Shown in pieces: positions 25,873 to 35,970 of a DNA stretch of 40,021 nucleotides (the first letter of the stretch is position 1; every line of letters starts with the position of its first letter). Position numbers and translations under genes: made by a program. Source of the DNA: Planctomycetota bacterium (GTDB lineage Bacteria; Planctomycetota; UBA8108; UBA1146); the NCBI GenBank assembly GCA_036338595.1, contig JAYZBV010000075.1, forward strand, positions 1 through 40,021, read 5' to 3'. The notes beneath the pieces were generated by a model. That model was not told the origin of the DNA. It did no database searches and was given only the letters and a program-made list of their open reading frames with translations.

Positions 25873-28800
25873 ATGTTTCCAGAGACGCCCGAGGTGAATG
25901 GCCCCGCCAGTAGCGAGCGCGGATCGATGTTGCTCATCGCACTGGCTGTGCTGACACTGCTCTCGATCATCGCAGTCACCTTCGTGGCTCTGATGCGCCT
26001 TGAGTTGAAAGCAACCGAGAATTTTCGCGATCAGAACAAGGCCCAGTTGCTGTCCGCTTCCGCCGAGTCCGAGGTGATCTCGATGCTCAGGAGTCGTCCC
26101 TTCTGGGAGGGCTATGTCGTTTCCAGCCGTGCCCGGGCTCCCTGGATCTACGGTATCACCGGTGGCGATGGCGAGACTCGAATCGGCGGTATTCTGGATC
26201 TGCGTCAGGCCCCACCCGATGAGACCTCGCTGGGAGACAACCTGACACGGGGTTCTTACCCGGGTGTCGCCGGGGGAGTGGACGGCAAGGACCGCTACCG
26301 GGTCAAGTTGATCGACACCTCGGCGCAACTCTACATCAATGGCAGGCAGGATACGCTCGCCCAGATGCTGACCAATCTTGCGGCTGCCCTGGAGAAAGAT
26401 ACTCGCTACGGAACCAATCCATTGTGGAGCGGACCGAAGGAAACGGGTCGGCAGCTCTTTGGCGAGGATGTGATCGCGTTTCGTAATCGACTTCCCGGTG
26501 GCCTGTTCAGTTCCAAGTCCGAACTATCAGCCCTGATCGGGCGCGAAAACCTGGCCCTTCTCTCGGACTTCATCACTGCGCATGCCTGGGTCAATCCCTA
26601 CACGCAACGATCGGGTGCCGGGCGAGAGGTCAACAATCGTGTCGGCGGCCAGGCGAATCAGGGCCAGAATGCGGGAGCCACGGGAGTGTCTCGAAATCTC
26701 CCCCAGGATCCGCGCAATCAGACCGTCACTGGCGCAGCTCAGGTCGTCGGGGAGCCGCGCGCTCCTATCAATATCAATACAGCCCCGGAACCGATCCTGA
26801 TCGCCGCATTGCAGGGAGTGGGGGGGCGACGAGCCTTCCCATACATGAGTATCAACTCGCAATCGCTGGAGAGTGGCAATGCCGGTGCCATCGATTTTGG
26901 TGGAGGTACCTTGGCCCCGGTTCGGGAGGAACTGAGCATTCAGCAGACTCCGGTCTGGGTCTATTCTCAGCCTCTCACCTACGATGTGGCCAGGAAGATC
27001 GCGCGCGGAATCATCGGGCAGCGCAAGCAAAGAGCCTTCAAATCCTGGACCTCGCCGGTCGGCAGCGGAGAAATCGGCTTCGAGGACTACATCAATAGAC
27101 TTTCCCCGGACACATTCCCCTTCCCCAGTGCTGAGAATGCCTGGGTGATCAACCCTCAATCGACCAACACGGACAACAATTACGCCAAGATCGTCAATGA
27201 TGTGGGTTCTCGCGAGTTGTGGTCTCGGGGTGTTCCACAGGTGGAACAAGGTCTTCGCGCGGATATGGGCTTGCCTGCAGATCGGAATAACGCCTGGTAC
27301 TACGAGATGATGCGTTCGATCTTGATTGCCAATTTCAATCCCAATACTCGAATCAATAAGGTCAATTCAAACTTCCCTGCTTACCGTGCGGTCGACAAAT
27401 CGAACCTCGTCAAGTTTCCTCCCGGTCGCGACCGAAGCGATGTCAGAATGGGGCACACGACCGAGTTCTGCTTCGACAGCAAGGGGATCTACGAGATCAC
27501 CAGCCTTGCGGAGATCACCGGAGCTGGAAACTCGAGCAACGAAGTCTTTTCGGAGTCGAAACAGCGTAGCATCGTGAAGGTATTTGATGTGTACCATCAT
27601 ACCACCCAGGAACAATTCGAGGAGCCGTTCAGGGCAGTCGGGCGCACCAGTAATGTCAGAGGGGGGGCGAGGGAATACATCACCACATGGCCGGATCCGA
27701 TGGACGCCCTGCACCCGGACTTCTTCACCGGATCGAGGCAGGACGGCCGAGTGGAACTCTCCGGGGCGATCGATGCGCAGATGCAGGTTTCTGCTCCCAG
27801 TGCGAGGCTTGCTCGGTGGTCCGGGGATGCAACGCTACGGCTTGCTCACACATTTCGTTTCCGTGATGAGGAGTCACTTCGCCAGCTGGGTAACCTGATG
27901 CGTACCAATTCCAATCCGAATGCCAAGATCAAGGAACTGGGCAAGGTGCTCGATGCCACGTACAGTCAGAAGGGCACCATCTACCGTCAGCGATACTCTC
28001 AGTCAGTCTGGGGAGCTGCTGATAGTGCCGTGGAGGAAGAGAACATCGGCGAGCCCTTCGTCGATGAAGCGTCCCAGAATTCAGATCTGATGCCCGATGG
28101 CATCAATAGCAGCATGTTCCGGACTTCCGCTCTCGGGGGGCGGTTTCTGCGTCTTCCAGCACAGCGCTATCGCCAGAATCCTGGAGATCAGGGTGCGGTG
28201 AACCGCAACTACAATAACGACATCGGAAATCTACCCTACTACAACGGGGCCGTCTCTTTCTGGGTCAAGATGGAGTTCAACGGAGACGATCCTACTTTTT
28301 CTGGACTCATCGGAGCGACCCAGGTTCAGACGGATGTGGGTCAGCAAGTTACCGATTCAGAGGGCTCTCAATTCTGGATCTGGAAGAACACGGAGGGGCA
28401 ACTTCGAGTCTCTCGCCTCTACTATCACCAGGCTTTTGCCAAGGGATACACTGCCCAGGCAATCCCCCTGATTGGCAATCAGGATGAGGTCGAGGAGGGC
28501 AACGAAGCGGAGACAGATTCTCAAAAGTTCTGGGCTCGCAGTGATGTGGCAGTGGATATCTCGAAGTGGCGGGCGCATGAGTGGCACCATCTGGCGGTGG
28601 CCTATGATGACAACTCTCCCACCAATGGCATCCGTGTCTGGGTCGATCATACAACCGTCGATGCAGTGAACCACAACATCGGTGAGGGGATGTTCTGCGC
28701 TCTCAATGAAGAGGCACCCAAGGACCAGATCCAGGTCGCTGGGTTTCACCGCGATCAGGCAGTGGCCACCGAGGGCCTGTTCAAGTTTGGAACCAACTAC

Positions 28801-29373
28801 ACGACTACCGGATTGCTCAAGGGAGCCTCGGTCAAGAGAGTACTGGCGAACGCAACCATCGATGAGTTTCGCGTGTACCTTGGGCAGTACACGCAGGATG
28901 ACAGCCGTCAGAAGGGCTATTACACCGACCAGGAAGGGATCTACACCGGAGCATTCATGGTGCCCTTCCCCGATGGTATTCAGCGCATGCGTCTGAGAAA
29001 CATGACCTGGACGATGTACTCCCCAAAGCTGTACGCACAACAGAGGGTCGATTGGAATGACGAGACGATGAGTGTCATCAACGTCAATGGCCAGCAGAGT
29101 GCTCGCCAGCTGGGAGACGCCGGAGGCGGGATCCGTGGCGATGGTGGCCGCAATAACCAGATGATCGCTGGGGGCTGGTTGTACCCGACGGGAAGCCCGG
29201 ATTTCATTGGCCGCTTCAATATTGGATTTCTCGCATACGAGCTCAGGATGCGCGCTGGAACAGGAATCGGTTCCTTTGCGGGCAAGGCGCTGGTAACACC
29301 TGCTCTCGACGATGTGACTCTGTCGGTTTATCTTCCGTCTGCTGAGTATCTACTGACGGAGGTGATGGACTGA
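25873..29373 (+). CDS. Giant GspK/PilX-type minor pseudopilin with a C-terminal LamG/ConA-like domain (1166 aa)
   Basis: Class III signal ERG|SMLLIALAVLTLLSIIAVTF with no Glu5; GspK-like FSSKSEL and ININTAPEPIL motifs; LamG-like GAVSFWVK, WHHLAVAYD and IDEFRVY; start ATG 25873. Confidence 0.8.
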   Translation: MFPETPEVNGPASSERGSMLLIALAVLTLLSIIAVTFVALMRLELKATENFRDQNKAQLLSASAESEVISMLRSRPFWEGYVVSSRARAPWIYGITGGDGETRIGGILDLRQAPPDETSLGDNLTRGSYPGVAGGVDGKDRYRVKLIDTSAQLYINGRQDTLAQMLTNLAAALEKDTRYGTNPLWSGPKETGRQLFGEDVIAFRNRLPGGLFSSKSELSALIGRENLALLSDFITAHAWVNPYTQRSGAGREVNNRVGGQANQGQNAGATGVSRNLPQDPRNQTVTGAAQVVGEPRAPININTAPEPILIAALQGVGGRRAFPYMSINSQSLESGNAGAIDFGGGTLAPVREELSIQQTPVWVYSQPLTYDVARKIARGIIGQRKQRAFKSWTSPVGSGEIGFEDYINRLSPDTFPFPSAENAWVINPQSTNTDNNYAKIVNDVGSRELWSRGVPQVEQGLRADMGLPADRNNAWYYEMMRSILIANFNPNTRINKVNSNFPAYRAVDKSNLVKFPPGRDRSDVRMGHTTEFCFDSKGIYEITSLAEITGAGNSSNEVFSESKQRSIVKVFDVYHHTTQEQFEEPFRAVGRTSNVRGGAREYITTWPDPMDALHPDFFTGSRQDGRVELSGAIDAQMQVSAPSARLARWSGDATLRLAHTFRFRDEESLRQLGNLMRTNSNPNAKIKELGKVLDATYSQKGTIYRQRYSQSVWGAADSAVEEENIGEPFVDEASQNSDLMPDGINSSMFRTSALGGRFLRLPAQRYRQNPGDQGAVNRNYNNDIGNLPYYNGAVSFWVKMEFNGDDPTFSGLIGATQVQTDVGQQVTDSEGSQFWIWKNTEGQLRVSRLYYHQAFAKGYTAQAIPLIGNQDEVEEGNEAETDSQKFWARSDVAVDISKWRAHEWHHLAVAYDDNSPTNGIRVWVDHTTVDAVNHNIGEGMFCALNEEAPKDQIQVAGFHRDQAVATEGLFKFGTNYTTTGLLKGASVKRVLANATIDEFRVYLGQYTQDDSRQKGYYTDQEGIYTGAFMVPFPDGIQRMRLRNMTWTMYSPKLYAQQRVDWNDETMSVINVNGQQSARQLGDAGGGIRGDGGRNNQMIAGGWLYPTGSPDFIGRFNIGFLAYELRMRAGTGIGSFAGKALVTPALDDVTLSVYLPSAEYLLTEVMD

Positions 29374-30407
29374 TGGACCAAGCAGGGAGATCTGCGATGA
29401 CAACGAGCGAGCAATGCATTTCGGGATCGGTTCTCAGGCGATCGCTATCGATCGGTTGGGTGCTGGTGATGCTGATGTCGTGGATGCCATCCGAGATTCT
29501 CGCTCAAGGAGAAGGCAGGGGGCCGGGAGGAACGGATCTGCGACTGGTAGAGTTCACGGGTATCGAAGCGACCAAAGATGAGAAGTCAGGCCGCTATTCT
29601 CTGATCGTGCAGGGCAAGACCCCGAGGATCCCTGCAGGAACAAAGATTGACCTGCTGTTGACCTGGCGCAGTCAGTTGATCCAGACCTTCACCATGACAG
29701 TACCTGGCAATAAACGATTTCGTGAACGCCTGGCCGTGAAACCGCTCGAGCCGACTGCGGACAAGTACATGTTTCGAACCGTGATCGACCCCAAGAAACA
29801 GACAAAAAAAGTGAAGACAGCCATCGAGAAGGAAAAAGAACTGTTTCCTCCAGTAGCTGCACCATGGACCGAGTTCCACTTCGATCACCAGTTCCTGCTG
29901 GGCACCAAGGAAGAGATCGAGGCGTCACTCAAGGCGACCCGGGGGTGGTTCACGAGCAGATATACGGAGATGGCCACGATCGACGGGAAGGTACGCAAAG
30001 GTATCAAAGCGGTCGAGTCCGCGACCGAGTACGTCAACTCCAGGGGGGAGTTCGACGAGAAGAAGTGGCGAGAGTTCATGGATAAGAAGGTCATCGAGAA
30101 ACTCGTGACCTTTCAGGAGGAGATTCGCAAGGGTTTCAACGAGCCCCGATTTGTTGCTCACAGATTGGCACTCTCCTACTTGCTCGAATTGTCGGTTGCC
30201 GTTGGCAAGAGAACTACCACTGAATCAAAGAAACTGTACCTCTCGCAGGGTCTGACCCCTTCGACCAGTGATGTGAAGCCTGAGAAACTCGAGATCAAGG
30301 TCCGTTCCGGACGTCGAGTACCGAGCAGTGCAGATCTCAACGATCTCGTCATGAAAATCAACAAGTTGATCGGGCTCGCCCCCGAAAATGAGGAGAACCA
30401 GGGATGA
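29373..30407 (+). CDS. Secreted hypothetical protein (paralogue 1)
   Basis: TGATG overlap with the upstream gene; Sec signal ending EILA|Q; colinear similarity to the next gene. Confidence 0.85.
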   Translation: MDQAGRSAMTTSEQCISGSVLRRSLSIGWVLVMLMSWMPSEILAQGEGRGPGGTDLRLVEFTGIEATKDEKSGRYSLIVQGKTPRIPAGTKIDLLLTWRSQLIQTFTMTVPGNKRFRERLAVKPLEPTADKYMFRTVIDPKKQTKKVKTAIEKEKELFPPVAAPWTEFHFDHQFLLGTKEEIEASLKATRGWFTSRYTEMATIDGKVRKGIKAVESATEYVNSRGEFDEKKWREFMDKKVIEKLVTFQEEIRKGFNEPRFVAHRLALSYLLELSVAVGKRTTTESKKLYLSQGLTPSTSDVKPEKLEIKVRSGRRVPSSADLNDLVMKINKLIGLAPENEENQG

Positions 30408-31354
30408 AAGTCCTAGCAACGCCATATCTGATGATCTCAATGCTGTTGAGTGTCTTTCTATCTGCCGCTCCTCTGCTGGCTCAGGACGATTCTGGTCCAC
30501 CCAAACCGCCACCTACATTTATCGAGTTGACCTCGATACAGACGACGATGAAGAAGGACGCCTGGCAGATGCGATTGGTCGGGAAAGCTCCAGACCTTCC
30601 GGCAAAGACCGTCATCGGTTTCGAGATTCGCTGGCGTACCAACATCGTCTATTCCTTCAATGTTGAACTCGATGGAACCCGTCGTATCGACCAGATCGTG
30701 CAGTTGAAGGGGTTGCAGGGATCGATTTCTGGCTTGCAGTTGCGCTCCGAGATCAGGCCCCGAAGCCAGCCTCGCGAGGTGCAGATTGCCATGGAGAAGG
30801 AACCGGCCAAGTACCCGGTCGAAACCGCTCCCTGGAAACAATCCTTCTGGAAAAATAAATTCGACCTGGGTAACGCCAAGGACATCGAGCGGGTGAGTGT
30901 AGAGGCGAAGAAGTTTTTTCTGACCAAGATCCGGGATAGCCTGAAACATCAACGGACTTTCGAAGATGCGCGTACCGCATCCATCGAAGGGACCCGGTTC
31001 CTGAAGGGCGGCAAGTTCGATCCGAAGAGCTGGCAATCCTTTTGTGAGAAGGATGTGAGAGATCCGATCAGAAAGTTGCAGGGAGAGATCAAGGTCGCCT
31101 CAAAAACGCTGACCATGTTGCCTCACTCGCGCGACTTGAAGTATCTGGTGGAGATCATCAATGCGGTGGCAAAGCGGTCGTTTGATCGTTCGAGAAGTCT
31201 TTACGGAGAACTGGGCCTGAGTCCAGATTCGGCTGATCTGAGTCCGGCCAAGATCGACATCAATTGCAGGTCTACCCGACTCTCCAATCTCCAGAAGACG
31301 GTGGAACGCCTGTGCGAGAGTCAAAAAATAGAGATGTCAAAACTATCGACATGA
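30404..31354 (+). CDS. Secreted hypothetical protein (paralogue 2)
   Basis: ATGA overlap; Sec signal ending PLLA|Q; colinear similarity to the previous gene. Confidence 0.85.
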   Translation: MKVLATPYLMISMLLSVFLSAAPLLAQDDSGPPKPPPTFIELTSIQTTMKKDAWQMRLVGKAPDLPAKTVIGFEIRWRTNIVYSFNVELDGTRRIDQIVQLKGLQGSISGLQLRSEIRPRSQPREVQIAMEKEPAKYPVETAPWKQSFWKNKFDLGNAKDIERVSVEAKKFFLTKIRDSLKHQRTFEDARTASIEGTRFLKGGKFDPKSWQSFCEKDVRDPIRKLQGEIKVASKTLTMLPHSRDLKYLVEIINAVAKRSFDRSRSLYGELGLSPDSADLSPAKIDINCRSTRLSNLQKTVERLCESQKIEMSKLST

Positions 31355-31689
31355 CGGACTCCTTACCCGAGGCCTCTTCCGATGATCAGGCCCCTGCTCG
31401 CATCGTCGCAAGCCGGTCGGTTCTGATGAAGGTTCAGCAGTCACACTCGGAAGACCCGGATGGGCTGCTGCTGGCGCCAGTGTTCAAGGCCAGGGGTGGC
31501 AACGAGGAAACGGTGGGGCTGGTCCCACGTCTCGATGCAGGTCTGGATTCCGGGCACCGCTTCGCGATGCTGGGTGCTGTCTTTCGTCCGATGAGGCAGT
31601 TTCTTCGAAGAACGTTGGATGGCGATGAAGACACGGAACTGTCCTCAGAACTGGGCACCGGAGAGCCTCCATCGATCGGCAAGGAGTGA
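31351..31689 (+). CDS. Small acidic hypothetical protein (112 aa)
   Basis: ATGA overlap with the upstream stop; fills the gap to the convergent purD. Confidence 0.7.
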   Translation: MTDSLPEASSDDQAPARIVASRSVLMKVQQSHSEDPDGLLLAPVFKARGGNEETVGLVPRLDAGLDSGHRFAMLGAVFRPMRQFLRRTLDGDEDTELSSELGTGEPPSIGKE

Positions 31690-31706
31690 TCCTCCTCACC
31701 AGCAGG

Positions 31707-33014
31707 CTACTGCTGCTCCATCGACTCGCTTCTGTCGAGACTCTCCTGATAGGTGCCGATGTCTCCACGACAGACTTTTCCATCGAACTGGATCCGGGAA
31801 GCTCTTTCGTAGGCGAGGCTCCTGGCTTCCTCCAGTGAATCTGCCAGTGCAGTGACTCCGAGTACCCGACCTCCCGATACGATGCAACTTCCATCATCTC
31901 CATTTGCGGTTCCCGCATGGAATACCTGGATGTCGTCATCGACAGAACTGTAAAGATCGCCTTCGATGACCTGGCCCTTGCGCGGTGCCGCCGGGTAGCC
32001 GTCGGAAGCGAGGACCAGGCACAATGCAGGCCGAGTATCCCATTCGACTGAAACAGCAGAGGGACCATCTTCGGCCGTGGCCTCGAGTATGTCGGCGAAA
32101 TCGCTCTTCAGTCGCATCAGGACAGGCTGCGTCTCCGGGTCTCCCAGGCGGCAGTTGTATTCAAGAACTCTGGGCCCCGATTCTGTCATCATCAGACCGA
32201 CATAAAGGATTCCGGAGTACTCGATGCCATCGGCAGCAAGACCTTCAAGAGTGGGTTCGATGATCTGTTCCTGTATCTCCGTCAACTCTACCGGCCCGAC
32301 GATGGTGCCAGGACAAAACGCGCCCATCCCTCCTGTGTTGGGACCAAGGTTGCCATCGAGCAATGGCTTGTGGTCCTGGGCTGTCGGCAGGACCAGGTAG
32401 TCCGTCTCTTTCACCACGATCAGGACGGAAACCTCGGGACCGAACATGCGCTCCTCGATCACGACCGTCTTGCCACTATCACCGAAGGAAGCCCCGGACA
32501 GCATTTCACTGGCCGCCCTGTGAGCCTCGGACCGATCATTGCAGACGATGACACCTTTACCCGCCGCCAGACCACTGGCCTTGACGACCACTTGCTCGGG
32601 CAGCGCCTCGAGGGCAGCGTCGAGATCTTCGACGGCATCGACCGTTCGATGAGCACTGGTCGGAATCCGATGCCTGTTCATGAAGTCTTTCGAGTACGCC
32701 TTGGAACCTTCGAGCTGGGCCGCTGCGGCTCCGGGGCCGAAGCAAGGAAGACCTGCTTCTCGGATGCGATCCGCGACGCCCGCCACCAGAGGTGCCTCCG
32801 GCCCGACGACGACATGATCGATCTGCTCCTCGATGCACCTCTGGATGAATCCAGCTGGTTCACTGATCGGATCGATGTCCTGCCACCGTGGACCCAGCAG
32901 TTCTGTTCCCGGATTTCCCGGGCAGCAGATGACCTGATGCACCCTGGGAGACCGGGCGAGTAAAAGGCAGATGGCGTGTTCACGCCCGCCTGAACCGATG
33001 ACTACGATCTTCAA
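31707..33014 (-). CDS. purD: Phosphoribosylamine--glycine ligase PurD
   Basis: [49 protein letters not shown] and [12 protein letters not shown]. Confidence 0.98.
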   Translation of the reverse strand: MKIVVIGSGGREHAICLLLARSPRVHQVICCPGNPGTELLGPRWQDIDPISEPAGFIQRCIEEQIDHVVVGPEAPLVAGVADRIREAGLPCFGPGAAAAQLEGSKAYSKDFMNRHRIPTSAHRTVDAVEDLDAALEALPEQVVVKASGLAAGKGVIVCNDRSEAHRAASEMLSGASFGDSGKTVVIEERMFGPEVSVLIVVKETDYLVLPTAQDHKPLLDGNLGPNTGGMGAFCPGTIVGPVELTEIQEQIIEPTLEGLAADGIEYSGILYVGLMMTESGPRVLEYNCRLGDPETQPVLMRLKSDFADILEATAEDGPSAVSVEWDTRPALCLVLASDGYPAAPRKGQVIEGDLYSSVDDDIQVFHAGTANGDDGSCIVSGGRVLGVTALADSLEEARSLAYERASRIQFDGKVCRGDIGTYQESLDRSESMEQQ

Positions 33015-33880
33015 CCAGACCTCCTTGGTGGTGTCCCGGCGGCTGCGCCCGATCGAAAGAGGGTCCAGGGACGGAGCGAGAGCCAGGCCAGCACAACGAG
33101 CACAGGGACAACTGCTTGAGGGTAGGTAATGGTGGCTCGCAGATCAAGCAAGGGCAGTGCCAGTAGCATCGCGAAAGTGGTGTGGCTCGCTGGTATTCCA
33201 GGCCTGGGCGAAGCCACCGCCAGTAGCCAGCACAGCAGCAGAAAGGTGATCGTCAGTTGCATCAGCGGGTAGTGAAATTGGAAGGTCGTGTAGGAAGCGA
33301 AAGCGACGATGCAGGTGAGCAAGAAGCGCAACCTGAGCACTCCGGGCCGCCCCCTCTCCTCCTCCTGGGAGAAATAGGTGACCGCTGCGGTGAAGAACAA
33401 GACATCGAGCGCAAGGGGAAGAGCCTTCATCGCCGGGCCGGCAAAACTGGCGCCGACCATCACGATGGAGAAACGCACTGTGCCCATCACGACGGCTCCC
33501 AGCACCGGCACTTCCTTGAAGGCCAGGTTGTAGAGAAGTACGCAAACAATCGCTGCGACTGCGTACAGACGAGCATCTGCGGGCATCTTGATCAGTAGCA
33601 AGACGATCGGGATCGATAGCAGAATCAGGGAAATGTGCGCTTGCGTGACCGAGAGTTCACCAGCAGGAAGAGGCCGGTGTGGAGCGTTGCTGGCATCCTT
33701 GTCACGATCGACGACATCGTTGAATGCCATCCCTGCCATGTAGAGTGCCAGGGTCCAGCCAAGCAGTACCAGCCACTCGGAGGTGTCCAGTTGCCACCCT
33801 CCCAGTGCAGCGCCAGCGACGACATTGGAGATCGCAGTGGGCGCGAGACGTAGCCTGAAGAAACGCAGCCAGGGGCTCAC
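33011..33880 (-). CDS. UbiA-family prenyltransferase (EboC-like)
   Basis: FFRLRLAPTAISN; Asp-rich motif AFNDVVDRDKD...PHRPLPAG; LLYNL; multiple TM segments; the second motif reads TYFSQEEE. Confidence 0.85.
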   Translation of the reverse strand: MSPWLRFFRLRLAPTAISNVVAGAALGGWQLDTSEWLVLLGWTLALYMAGMAFNDVVDRDKDASNAPHRPLPAGELSVTQAHISLILLSIPIVLLLIKMPADARLYAVAAIVCVLLYNLAFKEVPVLGAVVMGTVRFSIVMVGASFAGPAMKALPLALDVLFFTAAVTYFSQEEERGRPGVLRLRFLLTCIVAFASYTTFQFHYPLMQLTITFLLLCWLLAVASPRPGIPASHTTFAMLLALPLLDLRATITYPQAVVPVLVVLAWLSLRPWTLFRSGAAAGTPPRRSG

Positions 33881-35970
33881 CTGAGCCGCAGCAGATCGTT
33901 GTAGGTGACAAACAGCGCCAGCGAGATCAGCAGCAGAAATGCCACCATGTGAACGGATTGCTGGATGCGTTCAGGAACCGGTCGGCCACGGATTCCTTCG
34001 ATGGTGAGGAAGAAAATGTGCCCACCATCGAGGATCGGAAAGGGCAGCAGGTTGAAGACGCCCAGGTTGATACTGATCAGGGCGAGCAGGAAAAACAGGT
34101 TACCGAGACCCACCTCCGAGACCTTTCGACCCAGGTCTACGATGCCCACGGGGCCATTGAGGTTCTTGCCATGAACATCGCCTGAAAAGAGCGCCTTGAG
34201 GGTGAGGAAGATCCGACCGCCCCAGATCCACGATTGGCGGCCGCCCTGAACCACTGCCTCGCTCATGGCGTGCTTCTCCGTGAATTGAAGTGCGGACATC
34301 ATGATGCCCAGAGGTTCCATCAGTGTTCCAGCGGTCACGCTCATCTCTCGCTGCTGGCCGGACGGATCGGTGAATGTGATCAACGATGGCTTGTTGTTGG
34401 AGTCGATGGCGCCGACCAGATCATTCCAGCGATCGATTCGGATGCCGTTGACATCATCGATGGTGCAACCGCCAGTAAGGCCAGCTTTCTGAGCAGGAGA
34501 CCCGAACAGTACTCGACCGATTCGAGCAGGAGTGCCGAGTACAAGTCCGAGAGGGGGAGAAGGCTTCATGAAAGAAACGCTATGATTAGCGGGGGGATTA
34601 CCGGATGCATCGATCCAGCGGATCTCTGTTCCCTCGGTGATTTCCTCGTCGATATAATCTCCGGCACCGACGAGTTGACCACCGATGGAGATGATCTCTG
34701 CACCAACAGCGATGCCATGCGACCGAGCCACATCTCCGACCTGTACCACCGTGCGTGTCCCGGAGCCGATCAGCAGTTCTTCGTCGAGCCATCTACGAAG
34801 TTGTTCGGCATTTACCCTGGCTGTGTTTTTCCTATCGCGAGTGGTCAGCAACAGCTCATCATCCGAGTCGCCAGCCACCATTCCGATGGTGAGGAGGTCG
34901 AAGATCTCGACCGACTGGGTCTGCTGGGTCTCCAGATTTTGTATCGAGACGATTTCTTCACCGACTCGGAACAGATCCGCGGCTGCGGAACCGGGCTGGA
35001 TCGCCATCACCGTGCGAGATCGGGGCACCACGCCTATTCCTCGACTGGCTTGTTGTGATTCATCCTCAACGGTGGCTACCGGTGGGGTGAGGTCGATGGT
35101 GGCTACCAGCGATTCATCCCCTCTGAGAATATCCAGGCTCAGTTTGCCGCTGACAGTGGCGTTTCTGAGGGTCCAGAGACTGTAGAGGGTTCGATCAGGG
35201 GAAAGTCCTGAGGCGATGGAAGCGGTGGCATTCAATCCTGGGATCGAAATGCGAGCGCCCCGTAATCGATCCCCGGCTTGCAATCCGACTCCCTCTGCGA
35301 GGCTGTCAGGAGCGACCGATACGATCAGATCCGAGATGGCAGGGACGATACCGATGCGATAACGGCCAGCCTCTGAATCCCAGCTCGGGTCGATGGAAAA
35401 TTGGCGAGTGTATTCGTCGCGTTCGATGGTCAGGGTGACCGGATTTGACCCACCCGAAAGAGCAATGGCGGTGGCGACATTGGAATAGTCGTTCCAGGCC
35501 TCGCCATTGACCTTCTTGATCAGGTCTCCGGATTGGACGCCTGCAGTCCATGCTGGACCCTGCGCAGTTGCAGATCCGACCACTGCAGATTGCTGTTTGA
35601 CTCCCACGGTGAATGCGAGGATGAAGAGCAAGAAGCCGAAGATCAGGTTCATCGTCGCTCCGGCGACAAGGATCAGCAGTCGACCGGGAATCGGCTTTTT
35701 ATGGAACTCGTCGTCGGAGTCCGTTCGTTCCTCGCCAGGTTCTTCTCCCGCCATCTTGACATAGCCACCGAGTGGCACGAGGCCGATGACATATTCTGTT
35801 TCGCCATACTTGAAGGCGAGCAATCGGGCCTTCCAGCCGAAGATGGTCGGTTGAAATCCGACGGCAAATGTATCGACACGGACTCCCACGAACTTGGCTG
35901 CGAGGAAGTGCCCCAGTTCATGGACAAAGATGAGAAAACCGATGCCTAGGATGGCCAGCAAGAGATTCAA
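33877..35970 (-). CDS. rseP: RseP-type M50 intramembrane zinc metalloprotease with several PDZ domains
   Basis: HELGH, PLGGYVKM, AGATMN, GPVGI and NLLPFPILDGG; several PDZ-like segments (GPAWTAGVQSGD, SLAEGVGLQAGD, SPAQKAGLTGG). Confidence 0.93.
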   Translation of the reverse strand: MNLLLAILGIGFLIFVHELGHFLAAKFVGVRVDTFAVGFQPTIFGWKARLLAFKYGETEYVIGLVPLGGYVKMAGEEPGEERTDSDDEFHKKPIPGRLLILVAGATMNLIFGFLLFILAFTVGVKQQSAVVGSATAQGPAWTAGVQSGDLIKKVNGEAWNDYSNVATAIALSGGSNPVTLTIERDEYTRQFSIDPSWDSEAGRYRIGIVPAISDLIVSVAPDSLAEGVGLQAGDRLRGARISIPGLNATASIASGLSPDRTLYSLWTLRNATVSGKLSLDILRGDESLVATIDLTPPVATVEDESQQASRGIGVVPRSRTVMAIQPGSAAADLFRVGEEIVSIQNLETQQTQSVEIFDLLTIGMVAGDSDDELLLTTRDRKNTARVNAEQLRRWLDEELLIGSGTRTVVQVGDVARSHGIAVGAEIISIGGQLVGAGDYIDEEITEGTEIRWIDASGNPPANHSVSFMKPSPPLGLVLGTPARIGRVLFGSPAQKAGLTGGCTIDDVNGIRIDRWNDLVGAIDSNNKPSLITFTDPSGQQREMSVTAGTLMEPLGIMMSALQFTEKHAMSEAVVQGGRQSWIWGGRIFLTLKALFSGDVHGKNLNGPVGIVDLGRKVSEVGLGNLFFLLALISINLGVFNLLPFPILDGGHIFFLTIEGIRGRPVPERIQQSVHMVAFLLLISLALFVTYNDLLRLR

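Noticed and set aside
33877..35970. Unusually long RseP as a novel fusion
   Set aside because: The extra length is explained by repeated PDZ-like domains, a known variation in this family
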